A DNA stretch of 64,000 nt, taken from positions 32,001-96,000 of IMG/VR virus record IMGVR_UViG_3300009314_000003; one strand, given 5' to 3'. The notes below the pieces were generated by a model. That model worked only from the letters and a program-made list of their open reading frames with translations. It searched no databases and was not told the origin of the DNA. This document shows positions 59,894 to 64,000 of this stretch, piece after piece. Position 1 is the first letter of the stretch, and every line of letters starts with the position of its first letter. The position numbers and the translations under genes were made by a program. The stretch comes from a virus.

Positions 59894-60658
59894 ATGAGAC
59901 GAAATCTAGATAGGTTACAGAAGGAAGTACAAGAGGGAACCACAGTAGATAGTGCTGCTGTGATTGTCTCGGAGATTATGCAGGAGACAGAAGATGGAGG
60001 TCACTGGTCTGATTGGTATAGCCCCCGCACCAATATTGTTTCCGTAAAGGGTGAGCGAACCGGTGAGAGATACTTGATCTGGCTTATAAACAAACCGGAG
60101 AATGGTTACCCACACCCCCACAAGGATGTTGTGGAGTGGATGCCCTACAGCAACAGAAGTAAGGCAAAATTTACAACTCACAAAATGCCCGCTGCACAGA
60201 TTGGTGTAGACGGAATAGGCTTCATACGGCAAAAGACAGACTATCGGGTGGATATTGTTAGCACCACCTCCTCCCTTCTGTATGGTGGAGATTCTAGCAG
60301 TCCCCCTCACGAGCAGAAAGTCATTTCAGGGCGACAGTCGACGGATATTAATGAACGTACAGGCATCTCTTTTGATCTAATTAATGGGAGTGTTTTAATT
60401 AAGGGGCATGACAGCGCAATTGAACTTAAAAGTGGTGGAAGTGTGTATGTGCAAGGACCTATCAACACAGAGGAAATGAATTCAACAGGACCACTGACAG
60501 AAAACTGGCTCGGCAAATTACTCCCCGAGTGTCTCCCTATCTTTCCAGCATCTCTAACAATGCTTCCAGATCCTAATAAACTACTTAACATAGCTGGGAA
60601 GGTTGCAACAATAATTGAAGGTCTGAAGACAATGCAGAAACTAGCAGAGGAAATGTAG
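59894..60658 (+). CDS. Putative baseplate spike protein
   Basis: Lies between hub and gp25-like gene; short beta-repeat GSVLIKGHDSAIELKSGGSVYVQG. Confidence 0.5.
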   Translation: MRRNLDRLQKEVQEGTTVDSAAVIVSEIMQETEDGGHWSDWYSPRTNIVSVKGERTGERYLIWLINKPENGYPHPHKDVVEWMPYSNRSKAKFTTHKMPAAQIGVDGIGFIRQKTDYRVDIVSTTSSLLYGGDSSSPPHEQKVISGRQSTDINERTGISFDLINGSVLIKGHDSAIELKSGGSVYVQGPINTEEMNSTGPLTENWLGKLLPECLPIFPASLTMLPDPNKLLNIAGKVATIIEGLKTMQKLAEEM

Positions 60659-60662
60659 CTCT

Positions 60663-61160
60663 GTGTTTAATATAGCGGACAAAACCCTAGGCTGGACAGA
60701 AGATGGTGATCTCCTAATACACAAACCAAGTGATAGGCTCGCTTCTGTCGTAGGTTTTGATAGTTTGAAACGGAGAATCATGTTCTATTTAAGGACCCAA
60801 CCTGGTGATTACGGCTATGATGTTGGGGCGGGAATAGGTCTAGAGAACTTTGCCGGCCGTCCTAATACAGACGAAAATAGAGAAATGATATACCAAAATA
60901 TCTTTGACAATTTGTATGACGACAGCGTTACGTATCCATACCATTTTAGTGTTGATGTGAAGAAGGCTGAACGCCATGATGTAAGTATTACTATAAATGT
61001 AACAGGACCAACAGGCACAACAGAGGTGGCGCTCATCTTTGATTTGGAACGTGGATACATAAGAACGAAGGAGGAATTTATAAGCGACATAGAAGAAATT
61101 ACCCTACCCTATGGGCAAGAGGAAAATGAGAATATATATCTTAAGAGGAAGAATAGCTAA
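60663..61160 (+). CDS. Baseplate wedge / sheath initiator (gp25-like)
   Basis: DGDLLI, LKRRIMFYLRTQPGDY, GIGLENFAGRPN. Confidence 0.8.
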   Translation: MFNIADKTLGWTEDGDLLIHKPSDRLASVVGFDSLKRRIMFYLRTQPGDYGYDVGAGIGLENFAGRPNTDENREMIYQNIFDNLYDDSVTYPYHFSVDVKKAERHDVSITINVTGPTGTTEVALIFDLERGYIRTKEEFISDIEEITLPYGQEENENIYLKRKNS

Positions 61161-62366
61161 ATGCCACTTGTAACACGAACGAGGAGTGAGGTCTTAACCA
61201 GGCTCCGTAAACACTTTGAGAATGCCGGGCTCAATGCCTTTAATGAGTCTGGAACACCGGAACACGCCATCTTAAACATGATTGCTGATGAGATGTCGAG
61301 TATTTATTCGTTTGTAGAGCTGAGTTACAATGGTCTGCAGATATCAACAGCAATAGGTATAGATTTGGATAACCTGGCTGCTATTTTTGGTATCACAAGG
61401 AATATATCCCAACCGGCTATGGATAATAGTGACTCCAATTTCAAATTCTATATTGACCCCATCCTGGGAATTGACGCGAGTACTCTAGCAGCACAACATG
61501 GCCTCAGCTCCATAATTATACCGGAGGGGACAATTGTGTCCAATGCGGGTACAAAACAGTACCGCACTACAGCGTCGGTCTCTATGTCCGGAAGTGATAC
61601 ACAGGTATTTGCCCCTATAGTCGCAATGTCTGTCGGATCACAATACAATGTTGAGGCGGGTATACTAACTGCGCATAATTTAGGGTCTATGCCAACACTT
61701 AGAAATATTGCTACCAGTATTAGATGTACTAACCTCCTTCCTATTACTTCGGGGGAAAGTACTGAAACAGATGCCGATCTGAGAGTAAGAGTAACCAGTG
61801 CGTATTCCATAGGAGCCACCAGCAACCTCCTGGCAATTTTGGAAGCGGCTCGGGGAGTCGCGGGAGTAGCTGATGCAAGTATTGTGCCTTATGTCTATGG
61901 CTCTGGTACACTTGCTGTCTTTGTAGAGAGTACTGCCCCTGTTGTTGCTGTTGGTACAGTACGTGCTGTGCAAGAGGCGGTCGATAATGTTGTGGCCGTC
62001 GGCAACCGTGCTTTTGTTAGGTATCCAGATTATAAGGCCTTGAAGATTAGGGCTGAGGTAACTCTTGTTGCTGGTACTGATGGAGACTCTTACATACAAA
62101 GTACCAGGACACAGATCACAAACTTTATAAACAACCTCCCCCGGGGGACAGCATTTAACCCTGACCATCTATTATCCATCCTAGAAGGTCCTAATGTTAT
62201 TAATGCTACTATCCTGCGGGTTCAGTATGGTGATTTTGATATTTACACCAGGAAGATACTGAATTTACAAACCTTCCTACCAGTTACACAGGAACTTGGA
62301 CAGACAGAGAAATGGTACACTAATTCTACAATGATAGATATTTGTTTCCCTGGAGCGAATGAGTAA
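61161..62366 (+). CDS. Baseplate J-like wedge protein
   Basis: AIGIDLDNLAAIFGITR, IPEGTIV, GSQYNVEAG, ETDADLRVR, VAGVADA. Confidence 0.9.
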   Translation: MPLVTRTRSEVLTRLRKHFENAGLNAFNESGTPEHAILNMIADEMSSIYSFVELSYNGLQISTAIGIDLDNLAAIFGITRNISQPAMDNSDSNFKFYIDPILGIDASTLAAQHGLSSIIIPEGTIVSNAGTKQYRTTASVSMSGSDTQVFAPIVAMSVGSQYNVEAGILTAHNLGSMPTLRNIATSIRCTNLLPITSGESTETDADLRVRVTSAYSIGATSNLLAILEAARGVAGVADASIVPYVYGSGTLAVFVESTAPVVAVGTVRAVQEAVDNVVAVGNRAFVRYPDYKALKIRAEVTLVAGTDGDSYIQSTRTQITNFINNLPRGTAFNPDHLLSILEGPNVINATILRVQYGDFDIYTRKILNLQTFLPVTQELGQTEKWYTNSTMIDICFPGANE

Positions 62367-64000
62367 GCTTAATAACAGAGATAACCACAACTCCTCTAGA
62401 ACACCCTTACGTCTGTCACGCCTTCCAGAGTGGATCAAGAAGGGCACAGATTCAACTATCTGGTCAGTAATTAATCCTGCCTGCCTATCTGTAGAAGATG
62501 CTATTGAGTACATTGGGTATGCTTTTGGGGACGCCACACCAGCCGCATTTGACCCACATAACCAGAATCCTACCTACGTTGCTGGCCCCCTAACTGGAGA
62601 TATTAACGCTACTTACCATGTTAGTGGGGATATAGATATTATTAAGACACAGGAATTAGAGGAATTCTTCTTTGGACCACCTACGCAGGTAGTTGCGGAG
62701 GATGTTATAAGGCCAATCCCGTATGCAAAGCGTATACCTACCGATATTCATTATATACACAATTGGCAGATGGACGGGACTGGTGAGTCATTAAGTGCTT
62801 TTGCTTTATTACAAGAGAATGCTTATACCGATAGGGATGCCTTTCTCTTTTATGATACCAACTGGACCCCTGTGGGAATGAGTAATGTTGACAAGAAAAC
62901 ACAGAATTATAATAACACCGGCGCGGATGAGTGGTTAGGTCTCTCCACAGATGGTTTACAAGCAACACTTAATCATATACCTATATCTGGTACCATTCAG
63001 GTGTTAAATATTATGGATCTGGACGATGGTGGACAAGCACAGCCAATCAACACCAATTTCTCTGTTCAAGGGTGTGATATAGTGTTTGATAACCCCATCA
63101 TAGGATCTGGTATGTATATAGTTGAATATGACTATGTACCCAATTACACACTTCGTTGTTTTACCCCATACGCCTGGGTAAGTGATAGTTACATGCAAGA
63201 GTCTCCAAGCTTCAAAGCTAGTTACCGCGGAGTTTCTTCAGACGATATAATACTTGATCCCGATGTCTCAACCTATTTAGCTAGTGGAGACTTACACAGC
63301 CTCGTTAAGCTGAGAGGTACAACTACCACAATTCATCCGAGGGAAATACTTTTTAAGGACAGTATGCCCTACCTACGCAGCCATGCTAGTGTTCTACGCC
63401 CTGGAATGTCGGCCCTGGTAAATTATTCAGGGACACGATACTGTGTTGAGGAGTGGACGAACCCAACCTCAGGCGATTTTCTGTACGAGGTGGGAATTTT
63501 AGATGACTTTGTGAGTACAAATGTTAATATGGTGAGCGTCTTTAATACTGGCGGGGCCGATATTACTTCAGACAATGCGATAAGTATTTCGGGTGATTGG
63601 GTAGTTATTGACTCAAATGATACCCTTTTGGAGCCGGTTAATGTAAGAATCAATTATGAGTATAGTAGTAGTGGTTGGTACACGGCAGAGACTTTACCGG
63701 GGGCTTATGATATTTACGAGGGCTCCTTAGCAATATCAGGTAATTTTGAGGGCGCTGTGATGCCGGCAGTTGGAGTACCTGTTGGAGAGGTTGTATCGGG
63801 AGCTATATCTGATCTTCAGGTGCCCAGATTCACACTAGAGAAACATCAGGACATAGTTAGTACATCCTATGGGAAAGAACCTATGCTGATAGAGGATATA
63901 TCCGCCGAGATACCTGTTTATACCCTGGACCGTGTTGGTCAATATCTGAAAAGGACTGCACCCCTTAGTATGAGGGAAGAAAATTATATGGCAGCGGTAG
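62359..64000 (+). CDS. 3'-truncated baseplate or tail protein (absent from the ORF track)
   Basis: ATG at 62359 overlaps the J-like gene. The frame MSKLNNRDNH..RLPEWIK.. appears open to the window end. Confidence 0.75.
   Translation, partial: MSKLNNRDNHNSSRTPLRLSRLPEWIKKGTDSTIWSVINPACLSVEDAIEYIGYAFGDATPAAFDPHNQNPTYVAGPLTGDINATYHVSGDIDIIKTQELEEFFFGPPTQVVAEDVIRPIPYAKRIPTDIHYIHNWQMDGTGESLSAFALLQENAYTDRDAFLFYDTNWTPVGMSNVDKKTQNYNNTGADEWLGLSTDGLQATLNHIPISGTIQVLNIMDLDDGGQAQPINTNFSVQGCDIVFDNPIIGSGMYIVEYDYVPNYTLRCFTPYAWVSDSYMQESPSFKASYRGVSSDDIILDPDVSTYLASGDLHSLVKLRGTTTTIHPREILFKDSMPYLRSHASVLRPGMSALVNYSGTRYCVEEWTNPTSGDFLYEVGILDDFVSTNVNMVSVFNTGGADITSDNAISISGDWVVIDSNDTLLEPVNVRINYEYSSSGWYTAETLPGAYDIYEGSLAISGNFEGAVMPAVGVPVGEVVSGAISDLQVPRFTLEKHQDIVSTSYGKEPMLIEDISAEIPVYTLDRVGQYLKRTAPLSMREENYMAAV

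Noticed and set aside
17-63653. Numerous minus-strand and short alternate-frame ORFs in the track
   Set aside because: They overlap long, motif-bearing + strand genes and show no recognisable domains.
1-64000. Alternative genetic code, tRNA or rRNA genes
   Set aside because: Long genes translate intact in the standard code with TAA, TAG and TGA stops, and the fragmentation at 22-28 kb is explained by introns. No tRNA or rRNA was recognised by eye; a tRNA scan was not run.

Overview
This window is the virion morphogenesis region of a large contractile-tailed (myovirus-type) bacteriophage, with all credible genes on the + strand. Gene order: Gly-rich membrane-like proteins, ribosomal protein bS21 (missed by the ORF track), a degenerate stand-alone intein-like gene, terminase large subunit (mini-intein), portal, Com-like zinc ribbon, prohead protease, scaffold, head proteins and major capsid, neck proteins, tail sheath, tail tube, two tube paralogs, two chaperones, three giant proteins, then baseplate genes. 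Three things stand out. (1) The tail tube gene is absent from the ORF track because seven group I introns split it into 8 exons; these join in frame to a 206-aa protein, and the introns carry five LAGLIDADG endonucleases. (2) The 4392-aa protein at the tape-measure position has five inteins and a PD-(D/E)XK nuclease domain. (3) The next gene (2634 aa) has a DEDDh exonuclease domain followed by ordered motifs of both catalytic barrels of a two-barrel RNA polymerase, including ADWDGD. This suggests a single-chain virion RNA polymerase encoded inside the tail module. All assignments come from manual motif reading and synteny; no database searches were run.
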